Positions 20,630 to 30,042 of a DNA stretch of 64,000 nt are shown in pieces. Each line of letters starts with the position of its first letter. The first letter of the stretch is position 1. The notes under the pieces are model-generated. The model searched no databases. It had not been told where the DNA came from and saw only the letters and a list, made by a program, of their open reading frames with translations. The translations under genes were made by a program, and so were the position numbers. Source of the stretch: Gammaproteobacteria bacterium. Lineage in GTDB: Bacteria; Pseudomonadota; Gammaproteobacteria; Steroidobacterales; GCA-2729495. Where the stretch lies: positions 535,198-599,197 of the forward strand of contig OZ244928.1 in NCBI GenBank assembly GCA_965221985.1, written 5' to 3'.

Positions 20630-21682
20630 ATGGAAATCGAAATCATCATCGGCTGCGAAATGCATCCGGACGAGGTCGCCGACTATGCGGTCGCGGCGGA
20701 GAAGGCCGGCGTGCGCACACTTTGGCACTCCAACCTGCCAAACGGCTGGGACCCGTTCCTGGGCTTGTCGAAGGCCGCGCAGTCAACCAGCCGCATCAAG
20801 CTCGGAGTGTTGGCGCTCAGCCCTTACGAGATGCATCCTGTGCGCATCGCGTACTCGATCATCAGCCTCAACGAGATGGCGGCGGGCCGGACCATTCTTG
20901 GCTTGGGCGGCGGCGGTGCAATGGCACTGGCGACCACGGAACGCCCCGAGGGCGCGAGTCTGGATTTCGGCAGCATGCGCATCGTCCGCGGTGTGCGGGA
21001 GGCAACGGAAATCATCTTGATGATGGCCTCCGGCGAGTTTCACCAAGGCTACCGTGGCGAAGTATTCAGCGTGAACTCGCCTTTCAAGCTCGACTTCATG
21101 CAGCATCCGCGGCCGCAGGTATTTACCTGCTCCATGGGACCGCAGATGCTACGCATGGGCGGCCGCATCGCCGATGGCTTGCAAATTGGCGACGTCACCG
21201 CCGACCGCCTGCCCGAGGTCATGGCGAACATCGAAGCCGGGTTGGCAAAGCGCAGTCAGCCCGCCGAGGATTTCCGCGTCGGCAATTTCTGGGCTTGGCA
21301 CATCAAACCAAACCGTGAAGCCTCTATGCACGAAGCGCGGGTCGGCCTGTTCGCCCGGGCCGAAGTCATCCCCCCGCATATCGGCCTGGACCACCTACTC
21401 GAACCGGACGAGGCACAACTGGTACGCGACAACTATCGCAACTTTCTAATCGCCGGCGTCACAAAAACCGGCGACATCAAGGATGTCCCGCCAGAGCTAG
21501 TGCAGAAACTCATCGACAATGTCAGCTCATCGGGCGACTACGGCGACATCGACCGCGAGGTAGAACGCTTCAAAGCGATGGAACGCGCCGGGCTAACCGA
21601 CCTGGCCTTACGCGTATTCGACAATCCCTGGGAATCCCTAGAAACCATCCGCACGCGGGTTATGCCGCATTTCTTAGTTTAG
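20630..21682 (+). CDS. LLM-class (luciferase-like) flavin/F420-dependent oxidoreductase
   Basis: MEIEIIIGCEMHPDEVADYAVAAEKAGVRTLWHSNLP.. is a TIM-barrel LLM pattern. The ORF begins at 20555, and the probable start is at 20630. Confidence 0.7.
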   Translation: MEIEIIIGCEMHPDEVADYAVAAEKAGVRTLWHSNLPNGWDPFLGLSKAAQSTSRIKLGVLALSPYEMHPVRIAYSIISLNEMAAGRTILGLGGGGAMALATTERPEGASLDFGSMRIVRGVREATEIILMMASGEFHQGYRGEVFSVNSPFKLDFMQHPRPQVFTCSMGPQMLRMGGRIADGLQIGDVTADRLPEVMANIEAGLAKRSQPAEDFRVGNFWAWHIKPNREASMHEARVGLFARAEVIPPHIGLDHLLEPDEAQLVRDNYRNFLIAGVTKTGDIKDVPPELVQKLIDNVSSSGDYGDIDREVERFKAMERAGLTDLALRVFDNPWESLETIRTRVMPHFLV

Positions 21683-21998
21683 GACGACAGTAACCAAAAC
21701 ACCTCTTCGTGTTCGTGCATGGTTGTTTCCTCTTTAGTACCCGCGGCACAATGAGGTCTTGATGCGGTTGAACGTCCAGCGCACTGCGTTCGTGATGCTG
21801 AATTTTTCCGGAAGCGACGGTAAATGAAAATTGCCGAAACGCCGATTGATCTGACAAGCGCAGAACCTTCAATTCGTAATCATCATCACTCAGATTACTC
21901 ATGGCGAAGGCTTGGATTGCGATCAGTAAAAAATGAACAGAGAAGCCCTTCCCTTACCAACAACCTTGACTCGTCTTTCCAGGTGATTCACAGATAAG

Positions 21999-22277
21999 TT
22001 ACTTCAGTTTACGCCAGCGAACACCGCGACCGCGACCCTTTGGCTCGATGAGCCCTTCCTTTTTCATTGCCCGAAGCACAAGCCGAATCGTCTCTCTACT
22101 AACATCTGGACACTCGCGTTCAATGTCGACGATTCGAAAAGGTTTGATCTTTCGTTCTACGGCCTCTCTGACACGCTGCGACTTTGAGATGCCAGGCTGA
22201 CTAAGATTTCCGACACGGTCTTCCAATTCCTTGTAGGCACGCAATAGCACACCCCAAAAGTACTCGAGCCATGGCAT
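21999..22277 (-). pseudogene. Remnant encoding a winged-helix DNA-binding domain (gene fragment)
   Basis: RIVDIERECPDVSRETIRLVLRAMKKEGLIEPKGRGRGVRWRKL looks like the C-terminal wHTH of larger proteins. It is only 92 aa, in a decayed low-GC region. Confidence 0.35.
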
Positions 22278-22285
22278 GACATTGT

Positions 22286-22325
22286 GAGCAATATGGTGCC
22301 AGTCATTAGTTTATTAGTTTTCGGA
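22286..22325. repeat. Direct repeat copy 1 (about 36-40 bp) GAGCAATATGGTGCCAGTCATTAGTTTATTAGTTTTCGG
   Basis: Near-identical to 23450-23501. Confidence 0.7.
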
Positions 22326-22675
22326 GCGCCAACCTCCCTATCGCATTCACTAAAACCCGCACGACAATCCGACCTCCAGCCTGCCATTTTCGGCAAAAAT
22401 GAATCATACGTGTAATAGCGCCCAGGGTCGTCGTGGTCTATCCACACTTCAGATGCGGTGCAAGCGAACGACCTCGCCTTCGGTCGTTAAGGCATTCGCA
22501 ACGAAGTCGCGCTTGTCCGCATAGAGCCAGTATGCGACTCCGAGCAGGAGTAGGCCAAGCACAGTAAGTAGGTATTTAGCGTGTTGTAGCTACGCACCGG
22601 TTGAATTTCCTCCGTTTTGCCTATCGCATCTTACAGGTACCGGTTCTAACATTTTGCAATTTTCCTGCTAGATAC

Positions 22676-22930
22676 TCAGATCGTTTGTTTGGTCACGCGA
22701 TAACTAGCGAGGGACTGGCCGACTATCTTAGCCTCGATGACGCCTACCGCTTTTCCTTGCAAAAACAGCGGATAGTCTGCGTGACCATGGCCCGAATTCA
22801 GCGGAAACTCGCGGATAGCGCACGACTTAGAAATATCGTGATCGCCGAAATTACATAAATGCCAACCAGCTGCTTCTAGCAGCCGATCAATCTCTTCGCG
22901 GGCTTTGTCTTCAGGGCCAGCCGGACTCAT
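22676..22930 (-). pseudogene. Type I restriction enzyme R subunit (HsdR) N-terminal fragment
   Basis: EDKAREEIDRLLEAAGWHL...ADYPLFLQGKAVGVIEAK is the HSDR_N pattern. Only 84 aa with no helicase part. Confidence 0.5.
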
Positions 22931-22987
22931 TATTATGAGTGCCTTCCGTATGCACCCAATTCTAGCCGCAATGCGTCTCTATCTCGC

Positions 22988-23215
22988 ATGAGCAAGGCAG
23001 ACAGTCTGAAAGAAGAAATTGGCTGGCTAAAAGTAGTATTTACTTTGCTTGTAGCCGTTGATATTTCCCTGATCGGATGGCTGGCTCAAAACTATATCGA
23101 TGCGAATATTGTTGTTTTTGCAATAGGATGCTTTGCTACAATTGTGGTTACCAGCATCGCGATCTGGTCGAACCGTAGGGCTTATCGACGGATAAAGGAA
23201 CTAGAAGACTTATAA
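22988..23215 (+). CDS. Small two-TM membrane protein
   Basis: A 75-aa ORF with two hydrophobic helices. Weak support. Confidence 0.3.
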   Translation: MSKADSLKEEIGWLKVVFTLLVAVDISLIGWLAQNYIDANIVVFAIGCFATIVVTSIAIWSNRRAYRRIKELEDL

Positions 23216-23449
23216 ATGGAATATGCAGTTGCAGCCTGTTTAGCGATTTTCATCGGCGGCTTGGTCTGGTGCGTCTACGTCGGTGCTACGTTTCGCGATT
23301 CCGACAAATTCTAAGGACGAAGCGCCGCACTCGCACTTCTCCCTATACGGATGTGTTTTGATTGGCGATGCGGGTAGCACACGCGAAATCACCAGGCACT
23401 GATAGATCGAGCCGACACCGTACTTTTCCAATCAGGCGGGAGCAATATG

Positions 23450-23501
23450 GTGCCCAATATGGTGCCGGTCATTAGTTTATTAGTTTTCCGGTTAATTCAT
23501 C
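23450..23501. repeat. Direct repeat copy 2, with an internal 12-bp tandem duplication AATATGGTGCC
   Basis: GAGCAATATGGTGCCCAATATGGTGCCGGTCATTAGTTTATTAGTTTTCCGG, compared with copy 1. Confidence 0.7.
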
Positions 23502-23842
23502 GGATGTTGTGTTGCCCCAGCTTTACCCGCTCCGGCCACCCTAGAAAGCCTCAACTATCGGAACATTGCCGCCTTTGGCAATCTTTGCGACGAAAGGCGA
23601 CGGATGTTTCGCGGTTAAGTGAAAGATTTTTGGCACGGCACCAGCCAACCGTAACGACTGCTTCTATCCGAACATCCACGACAACCACCAGCAGCAAGTG
23701 CCCAAAAAACCGGAAAATGGGCGAGGCTAGGGCGGGTGTGCTGATAGCTGAACCGCAAATGGATGGAAGCCTCATGGTGTGAGCCTTCCGACTGGTAATG
23801 TGGCAGGGCGGACTTGGCTGCGGATCCCGATTTAGCACAACC

Positions 23843-24667
23843 ATGAAATATGCGATTGTAGATGGGCAACGCCGGGAGGCTCACCCGGATCTTTCAGGTA
23901 ATTGCCCGGTTTGCCAACGCCCCATGGTGGCAAAGTGCGGAGAAATAAAAATCTGGCACTGGGCTCACCGCGGAAGAAGAACGTGTGATCCGTGGTGGGA
24001 GAATGAAACCGAGTGGCACCGTGCTTGGAAAGGCCTGTTTCCCGACGACTGGCTAGAAGTCGTCCACAGATCGGAAAGCGGCGAGAAACACATCGCGGAC
24101 GTGAAGACTGACCAAGGGTGGGTAGTAGAGTTCCAGCATTCCTACCTCAAACCCGAAGAGCGCCGCGCTCGAAATGCCTTTTACCCCAAGCTAGTCTGGG
24201 TTGTGGATGGCGCAAGGCGAAAGAGAGATAAACCGCAGTTCGATGAATCATTGAAAAAGGCGCTTCGCGTCAGCGAGCCGGAGGAACCGTCAGTAGTGCG
24301 TCTCCCTTTCCCCGACGACTGTTCGCTTCTTCGAGAATGGTCAGAATGCCGCGGTCCCGTTTTCTTCGATTTTGGCGAGGGAGATAACCCGCAAAAGGCT
24401 GCGCTGTGGTGCCTTTACCCAGCAGGCCTCAATCGCTACAGGCACGTCATACCCTTCCGGCGCCAGCCGTTTGCTGCACTTTTTAAGGGCGAGGCGTTCG
24501 AGAAAGAACTTGATGGACCCGGCCAAATTGTTTCGCGTGACCATTCACGCCGGCGGGCTGAGAAGCGGCAGCAAGCCGCTCGGCAACCGCAAATCCGCCG
24601 CCGCGGGAAACGCCCGGAGAGCTTTCAGCAATACTTAGCCCGAAAGAACCGTCGGAAACGCTTCTAG
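23843..24667 (+). CDS. Competence CoiA-like family protein
   Basis: MKYAIVDGQRREAHPDLSGNCPVCQRPMVAKCGEIKIWHWAHRG..WHRAWK matches the CoiA N-terminal motif. Confidence 0.7.
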   Translation: MKYAIVDGQRREAHPDLSGNCPVCQRPMVAKCGEIKIWHWAHRGRRTCDPWWENETEWHRAWKGLFPDDWLEVVHRSESGEKHIADVKTDQGWVVEFQHSYLKPEERRARNAFYPKLVWVVDGARRKRDKPQFDESLKKALRVSEPEEPSVVRLPFPDDCSLLREWSECRGPVFFDFGEGDNPQKAALWCLYPAGLNRYRHVIPFRRQPFAALFKGEAFEKELDGPGQIVSRDHSRRRAEKRQQAARQPQIRRRGKRPESFQQYLARKNRRKRF

Positions 24668-24736
24668 GCAATATCGCAATATCAAGCCCAAGAACTCTGG
24701 CCCCCTCAAATACGGCCTTTCGATATCGATTAAATA

Positions 24737-24782
24737 CTTGATATACCAATCTTTTTCGCTATAATTCTGTATGTATATACAG
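24737..24782 (+). promoter_or_regulatory. Sigma70 promoter with an overlapping LexA (SOS) box
   Basis: -35 TTGATA at 24737-24742, a 17-bp spacer, -10 TATAAT at 24760-24765, and CTGTatgtatatACAG at 24767-24782 (CTGT-N8-ACAG). It lies 10 bp upstream of the HNH gene ATG at 24793. Confidence 0.65.
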
Positions 24783-24792
24783 TAATTAGAGC

Positions 24793-26169
24793 ATGTCCAT
24801 GTCACCCGAAAAATCGCAGCTGCAGGAAGTCGAACCACCCATTACAGACCTGGAGCAAGCCATCACGCAGTTAGCCGGCCACCTCAACGCGGGTGCCTAC
24901 GAACTGATTCGGCTCATCGGGGATTTTGATCGGCGCGGGGGTTGGGCGCGTCAGGGCATTACGTCTTGTGCCCATTGGCTAAACTGGAAAATTGGCCTGG
25001 CCATGGGTGCGGGGCGCGAGAAAGTACGGGTCGCGCGGGCCTTGCCAGACTTGCCCAAGATTTCGGCTGCTTTTGCGGCCGGAAAAATTAGCTATTCGAA
25101 AGTTCGCGCCATGACGCGTATCGCGACGCCGAACAATGAAGACAGTCTCCTTAATATCGCCTTGCATGGCACGGCTAATCATATGGAAAAATTGGTTAGG
25201 GGCATGCGGTTTTGCGAGCGCGCGGAGCAACTAAAACAAGCCAATGAAAATCATGACGCGAGGCGAGTGCATTGGTACCACGACGAAACGGGCCAACTGC
25301 AACTGCATGCGAACTTGCCGCCCGAACTCGGTGCGCTGGTCGTCGAGGCCTTGGAAGCAGCGCGGAATGATTTGCCGGACGCGGACGACGTTTCCGCGGA
25401 AACGCCAAAGGCGCACGCAGACTTTCCGGAAAACAATCTAGACAATCATCGAGCCGACGCGCTAGTACTGCTAGCTGAAGCCTTCTTGGCAAGTGGCCCC
25501 GCCTCACTAAAAGGCAGCGATGCGCATCACGTTGTGGTGCACGTTTCCGCGGAAACCTTGTGCGATGGTTTTTCATCTGTGGATAACGAGGATTGCTGCG
25601 AGCTAGAAGGCGGTCCGGGCTTGCCACCGGAAACAGTGCGCCGGCTGACTTGCGATTCTAGTTTGGTTGGTCTGGTAAAAAATGCCAACGGCGATGTGCT
25701 GGATGTGGGCCGCAAGACTCGCGGTATACCAACCCCCATGCGGCGAGCTTTGATAGCGCGGGATCGTGGTTGCCGGTTTCCCGGTTGTACGCATACCCGC
25801 TATGTTGATGGGCACCATATCCAGCATTGGGCCCAGGGGGGTGAAACGAAACTATCGAATTTGTTGTTGTTGTGCCGGCGGCATCACCGGTTAATCCACG
25901 AAGGTGGTTTTCAAATCAGCCGTCACGCCTCGGGTTTGAGCTTTCGAGATCCAAACGGCCAGACAATTCAGCCCGACTGCAATGATACAGAGGGCAACAT
26001 CGAAGCTTTGCTGCGCAAGCAGCTTGAACATGGATTACAAATTGACCCTGAAACCGCGGTTACACGCTGGGCAGGCGAGACCATGGACTACGACATGGCC
26101 ATTGAAGGGTTGATGCGCGACCGCGATCGTTTGGGAATGGGCGGACAGTCTACTCAATTAAATCAGTAA
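24793..26169 (+). CDS. DUF222 domain protein with a C-terminal HNH endonuclease
   Basis: CRFPGCTHTRYVDGHHIQHWAQGGETKLSNLLLLCRRHHRLIHEGGF is an HNH motif. The N-terminal part is DUF222-like. Confidence 0.8.
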   Translation: MSMSPEKSQLQEVEPPITDLEQAITQLAGHLNAGAYELIRLIGDFDRRGGWARQGITSCAHWLNWKIGLAMGAGREKVRVARALPDLPKISAAFAAGKISYSKVRAMTRIATPNNEDSLLNIALHGTANHMEKLVRGMRFCERAEQLKQANENHDARRVHWYHDETGQLQLHANLPPELGALVVEALEAARNDLPDADDVSAETPKAHADFPENNLDNHRADALVLLAEAFLASGPASLKGSDAHHVVVHVSAETLCDGFSSVDNEDCCELEGGPGLPPETVRRLTCDSSLVGLVKNANGDVLDVGRKTRGIPTPMRRALIARDRGCRFPGCTHTRYVDGHHIQHWAQGGETKLSNLLLLCRRHHRLIHEGGFQISRHASGLSFRDPNGQTIQPDCNDTEGNIEALLRKQLEHGLQIDPETAVTRWAGETMDYDMAIEGLMRDRDRLGMGGQSTQLNQ

Positions 26170-26566
26170 ACTGTCCCTGCAATTAGTTTAGATCGATTTT
26201 CGGCGAACCCATCCAAGTATCGCCAATGCGGAGCCGAACAGCCAAAACGTTTCGTTTCTTAAGTCCCCTGCCATAAAAGCGTAAAAACACTATTTATGGG
26301 TCATCAGGAGCCAAACCGATCTGCCAGAACATCTTGTTTATTCTTAGTTTAAGCACAATCGATATTATGAATATGCTACACATGCACCAAACTCAAAACA
26401 AATTGTTCTAAGCTGACGGCTAAGAAGAATGCTGCCTACTTCTAATTTGGAATGTGAGGGGGGCAGTTTACAAATATGGCAATAGGGAAATCGGCGAAAG
26501 CACGGCGCGGAGTCTCCTATCGCTTTTTAAATTTCCAAACTGTCCCGGCAATTCCGAGGTTCAGCT

Positions 26567-26989
26567 ATGAAAAACTTAATCATCCTGGCGACGATACAGA
26601 TCTCCTGGGCGCAAGCACGGCTATTCGACATGGATCGTACATTTACGGTGGCCAAGCTTCGCAATTATGCGAAAACAACTGCGGACTATGAACAAGCCGG
26701 ATTGGCGCTTGCCGAGGCGGCCAAGCGCGCGACCATCATTATAACCACACATTGGCTACAGGCTACACAACTACCCGGCGATTCTGTCCTAGCCTGTGGC
26801 CGCCACGTCAATGAGATGAACGCCTGGAGATGGATTAGATTTAAAGGTGAATTGCCAGACGAATCTGAAGTTGTGGCGGCTGTTACCGGCAAAACGCTCA
26901 ATGCGTTGCTGGGATGTTTGCAGGATGTGGAGGCGAACGATGAAGCATCATCTGAATCTACGGCAGGCGACGGTGGAAAAGACGAGTAG
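26567..26989 (+). CDS. Hypothetical protein
   Basis: A 140-aa ORF in an AT-rich region with no family motif. Confidence 0.3.
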   Translation: MKNLIILATIQISWAQARLFDMDRTFTVAKLRNYAKTTADYEQAGLALAEAAKRATIIITTHWLQATQLPGDSVLACGRHVNEMNAWRWIRFKGELPDESEVVAAVTGKTLNALLGCLQDVEANDEASSESTAGDGGKDE

Positions 26990-27076
26990 GCTAGCCGGCG
27001 CCGAGGATCTCTTGGTGCCAATAGTGTTGACTATGTGTCCGGAACAAGCTGTAAACCATGTGACCGGGTAGCACCT

Positions 27077-27130
27077 TTGAAAAGATGGTGGCCAGGGGCG
27101 GAATCGAACCACCGACACGCGGATTTTCAG
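27077..27130. repeat. attL: 54-bp direct repeat identical to the 3' end of tRNA-Phe plus 8 bp (copy of 41605-41658)
   Basis: GAAAAGATGGTGGCCAGGGGCGGAATCGAACCACCGACACGCGGATTTTCAGT is identical at both loci. Confidence 0.75.
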
Positions 27131-27132
27131 TT

Positions 27133-27250
27133 CGACCGGTGACCGCCCTAGGCTATATTTTTCAATAGGTTACCGGGACGTTCGTTGCGAATTTGCACCA
27201 CTTTGCGGGACTTTGCGGAGCTCACTTACGCAAAACTCCCGCGACAGCTA
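27133..27250. repeat. Island-end conserved segment of about 120 bp, with a second diverged copy at about 36540-36660
   Basis: cgaccggtgaccgccctaggctatatttttcaataggttaccgggacgttcgttgcgaatttgcaccactttgcgggactttgcggagctcacttacgcaaaactc, compared with the 36.5-kb copy. Confidence 0.6.
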
Positions 27251-27300
27251 TCCGGCCTTTTTGATATACAAGCCAAACTTCGATTCACGTTGAAACTACG

Positions 27301-27699
27301 TTGCAAGAAGAACCATTGGACATTGCTGGCCGAATTCGTGCCGCTCGCATGCGCGCACAAATGGAACCCGCCGCTCTTAGAGCTCGATTGCGGGAGTACG
27401 GGATTGACCTTTCCAAGACCGGCCTGCATCGTCTGGAAACGACAGAACCGAAGAATCCGAATCTCAAGCTCATCGAGGCTATCGCCGAGATCACGAACGT
27501 TTCGCCCGGTTGGATACTTTTCGGCAAGGGGCCCTCTGTCCCCGACTCTGAAGTAGGTTCGGCAATTCGTAGTCGCGTCATCGATACTATCGAGCTGATG
27601 GCTGGCGCACTCGACCTTACAGCGCGGCAGGAATCGACGTTACATAACTGGTTGAAGTCTGTCCGGACAACAAAGCCAAAACGAATCAAGAAACCTTAG
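27301..27699 (+). CDS. XRE/Cro-CI-type HTH transcriptional regulator
   Basis: The HTH IAGRIRAARMRAQMEPAALRARLREYGIDLSKTGLHRLE. Confidence 0.6.
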   Translation: MQEEPLDIAGRIRAARMRAQMEPAALRARLREYGIDLSKTGLHRLETTEPKNPNLKLIEAIAEITNVSPGWILFGKGPSVPDSEVGSAIRSRVIDTIELMAGALDLTARQESTLHNWLKSVRTTKPKRIKKP

Positions 27700-28031
27700 T
27701 CATTCAGACTCTGTTCACATTTTCGGAACGTTTGTTCACTTTAGCGGTTGACAGATCGCATTCTGTGCGTATACTCGCGCCCACTATGAATTACTTCATC
27801 CAACAACTCGGTTTATCAACCGCCGCCAAACGGCGCTGGCAGTTGTATGCCAACGTCGATGGGGACGGTGGCGCGCGCCTGTCCGGTATGAACGTCATAC
27901 CGGCGCATATCGCGTTTGACCGTTGTGATTCGCTCGCCACGAATAGTGGGGAACCGATGACTTAGCCTTCCTAAGAACATTTTCTCGGAAGGCTCGAATA
28001 TCGAACCTTCCAGGAAAGCTCCAACAAGAGA

Positions 28032-28066
28032 CCCCGGTCGGTTCACACCCACCGGGGTTTTTTTAT
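28032..28066 (+). terminator. Rho-independent terminator
   Basis: CCCCGGTcggttcacacccACCGGGG followed by TTTTTTTAT. Confidence 0.5.
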
Positions 28067-28187
28067 GTCCCGGCGGAACGCTCTTTAACAATGTGGATTG
28101 TGTAGACGTTGGGGCAGAGTCTTTCATCAGGAATGGCTGCGGCACTCAGACCCGGCTGCGCGCGCACGCGCCTGCCCCTACGATATT

Positions 28188-28264
<77 letters not shown>

Positions 28265-28270
28265 GTTTTC

Positions 28271-28355
28271 GGAGAGGTTTTCACTGGCAAGAAGCCCTGG
28301 CTGTAAACCAGGCGCCTAATGGGCTTTGTGGGTTCGACTCCTACCCTCTCCACCA
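28271..28355 (+). tRNA. tRNA-Tyr(GUA), long variable arm, CCA encoded
   Basis: Acceptor GGAGAGG/CCTCTCC. Anticodon stem CCTGG/CCAGG with loop CTGTAAA. T-loop GGTTCGACTCC. Confidence 0.8.
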
Positions 28356-28358
28356 AAT

Positions 28359-28434
28359 GGATCGGTAGCTCAATCGGTAGAGCGGTCGGCTGAAGACCGA
28401 CGCGTCGGTGGTTCAATTCCATCCCGGTCCACCA
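28359..28434 (+). tRNA. tRNA-Phe(GAA), CCA encoded (island copy, distinct from the attachment-site tRNA-Phe)
   Basis: Anticodon stem GTCGG/CCGAC with loop CTGAAGA. T-loop GGTTCAATTCC. Confidence 0.85.
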
Positions 28435-28435
28435 A

Positions 28436-28510
28436 TGGCATGTAGCTCAATGGTAGAGCGTCCGCCTGTTAAGCGGAAAGGTGTAGGTTCGAGTCCTACC
28501 GTGCCAGCCA
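28436..28510 (+). tRNA. tRNA-Asn(GUU), CCA encoded
   Basis: Anticodon stem TCCGC/GCGGA with loop CTGTTAA. T-loop GGTTCGAGTCC. Confidence 0.85.
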
Positions 28511-28516
28511 GATTCT

Positions 28517-28592
28517 GGGGGATTAGTTCAGTTGGTTGAACGTCGTCTTTGCAAGGCGAATGAGCGCGGTTCGAATCCGCGATCCTCCACCA
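28517..28592 (+). tRNA. tRNA-Ala(UGC), CCA encoded
   Basis: Acceptor GGGGGAT/ATCCTCC. Anticodon loop TTTGCAA. T-loop GGTTCGAATCC. Confidence 0.75.
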
Positions 28593-29065
28593 ATCCACGA
28601 CTATCGGCTTCGGCCGAGGTTGTGACTAGCGGCCTGGCGCTGCTAACCGTCGGCAACGGCGGGAAAGGAACGCTCCCATGGCGTTTCGCCGAAACTTAGG
28701 TTTCGGTCATTCCAGGCAAGTTCGGCCTCCCTTAGTTCTCGGCATTGCCGGGGATAGCGGCCAAGCGATGCGCGGAAGTAGTGCGACTGACGCACCGACT
28801 AACGTCGGGAATGCGGGTCCGCGAAAGAACACGTGGTGGTGCTACCCGCTACACCAACATCGTCAACCGTGAGAGGTAACGAATAGTGCAGGTAAGTGCG
28901 AGCTTTGCAGGCGAGTGCGACTGCGCAGAGGGCGAGGGTTCTGGCGTGCAGCCAGCGTCCTCGTCATCGGTCAAGTAACCGGCAGGTGAACGACATTCGG
29001 CGTGTTGTATTTCGTTGCCCAAAAGGCAACGAAGCGACTGAGGCGCGCACGTCGCAATGGGACTA

Positions 29066-29140
29066 GCGTTTTTAGCTCAGTGGTAGAGCTATCGACTTCT
29101 ACTCGATTGGTCGCGGGTTCGAATCCCGCATTACGCACCA
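29066..29140 (+). tRNA. tRNA-Arg(UCU)-like with two acceptor-stem mismatches. Possibly a pseudo or non-canonical tRNA
   Basis: D GCTCAGTGGTAGAGC. Anticodon stem ATCGA/TCGAT with loop CTTCTAC. T-arm GCGGGTTCGAATCCCGC. Acceptor GCGTTTT/ATTACGC with U-U at 5-68 and 6-67. Confidence 0.5.
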
Positions 29141-29492
29141 AACAGTAAACGCAAAGACGCGCCCCGGTACGTGTCGAAAGTGGCTTAAGGCCGAAGCCTT
29201 CGGGTAATTCGGCGGTTTGAACAGCCGCAAGCTGTTCTGACCTTGGCAGTGCGCCGCACGGTTGGGTAGCCCCCATTCAGAGCCTCGCAAGGCTCACGGT
29301 AAGCAAATTGCTGACTAGATGCGTACGACGAGTGAATCGCCTCACTCTGAAAAAGGCAGTCATGACTAACTACCGTCATGCCGGCGCAAGCCGGGTGGCG
29401 GTGGACACACGGGCAACTGTCGCCGTGCAGGCGGCAGGTACTCCCGCAAAAGGTTGGTCGCAAACGGCCTAGTCTCAGCCGTTTTCTATTTC

Positions 29493-29567
29493 GCTGCGGT
29501 AGCTCAATGGCAGAGCATCGGATTGTCGATCCGAAAGATGTCGGTTCAAGTCCGATTCGCAGCGCCA
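29493..29567 (+). tRNA. tRNA-Asp(GUC), CCA encoded
   Basis: Anticodon stem TCGGA/TCCGA with loop TTGTCGA. T-loop GGTTCAAGTCC. Confidence 0.85.
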
Positions 29568-29575
29568 GTTTCCAT

Positions 29576-29651
29576 GATCCGGTGGGCGAATGGTTAAGCC
29601 ACGAGGCCTTCAACCTCGTAATTGCAGGTTCGAATCCTGTCCGGATTACCA
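29576..29651 (+). tRNA. tRNA-Glu(UUC) with C33 in place of the universal U33, CCA encoded
   Basis: Anticodon stem CGAGG/CCTCG with loop CCTTCAA. T-loop GGTTCGAATCC. Acceptor GATCCGG/CCGGATT. Confidence 0.65.
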
Positions 29652-29726
29652 CACATGCGAGTTTGTACTACTCGCAATTCGATCGTCGCGAAGCGACTCA
29701 TTCTTAAACAGGCTCGAGGAGGACAC

Positions 29727-29954
29727 ATGAACATCAAAGATATTGTGAAAGACAACACCGTTCGATTTGTTCGGTATCGACAAGGAATCGCCTACTACGG
29801 CGTGAATGTACCAGCAGGCGGCGCGTATGTTTTCCCTGTTCCGCTCGAGGACATCGGTGACGCAACCCTTGAGCTCGAAGACAGAGCAATCATGTTTATG
29901 CGCTACATCAAACGCGCAATCAGCGACGGGTCATTTGTTCCTCTGGCGTCATGA
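29727..29954 (+). CDS. Small hypothetical protein (75 aa) embedded in the tRNA array
   Basis: Strong RBS GAGGAGGA 6 nt upstream of ATG 29727 (MNIKDIVKDNTVRFVRYRQGIAYYGVNVPAGGAY..). The track ORF 29622-29954 is a spurious N-terminal extension that runs through tRNA-Glu. Confidence 0.45.
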   Translation: MNIKDIVKDNTVRFVRYRQGIAYYGVNVPAGGAYVFPVPLEDIGDATLELEDRAIMFMRYIKRAISDGSFVPLAS

Positions 29955-29960
29955 CTTTGT

Positions 29961-30036
29961 AGACCGATAGCTCAGTGAGTAGAGCGCGCGACTGATATTC
30001 GCGAGGTCGGCTGTGCAACTCAGCCTCGGTCTACCA
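29961..30036 (+). tRNA. tRNA-Ile(GAU) with an atypical T-loop (TGCAACT), CCA encoded
   Basis: D GCTCAGTGAGTAGAGC. Anticodon stem CGCGA/TCGCG with loop CTGATAT. T-stem GGCTG/CAGCC. Confidence 0.6.
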
Positions 30037-30042
30037 CTTTTT

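Noticed and set aside
20326-21318. A 330-aa plus-strand ORF rich in Arg/Gly/Pro overlapping the LLM oxidoreductase gene
   Set aside because: It is an alternative frame of a high-GC coding region with low-complexity composition and no motif. The LLM frame (20630-21682) carries the real domain.
29622-29954. A 110-aa ORF beginning inside tRNA-Glu
   Set aside because: The first 35 codons read through a tRNA gene. A strong RBS precedes the internal ATG at 29727, and only the 75-aa version is plausible.
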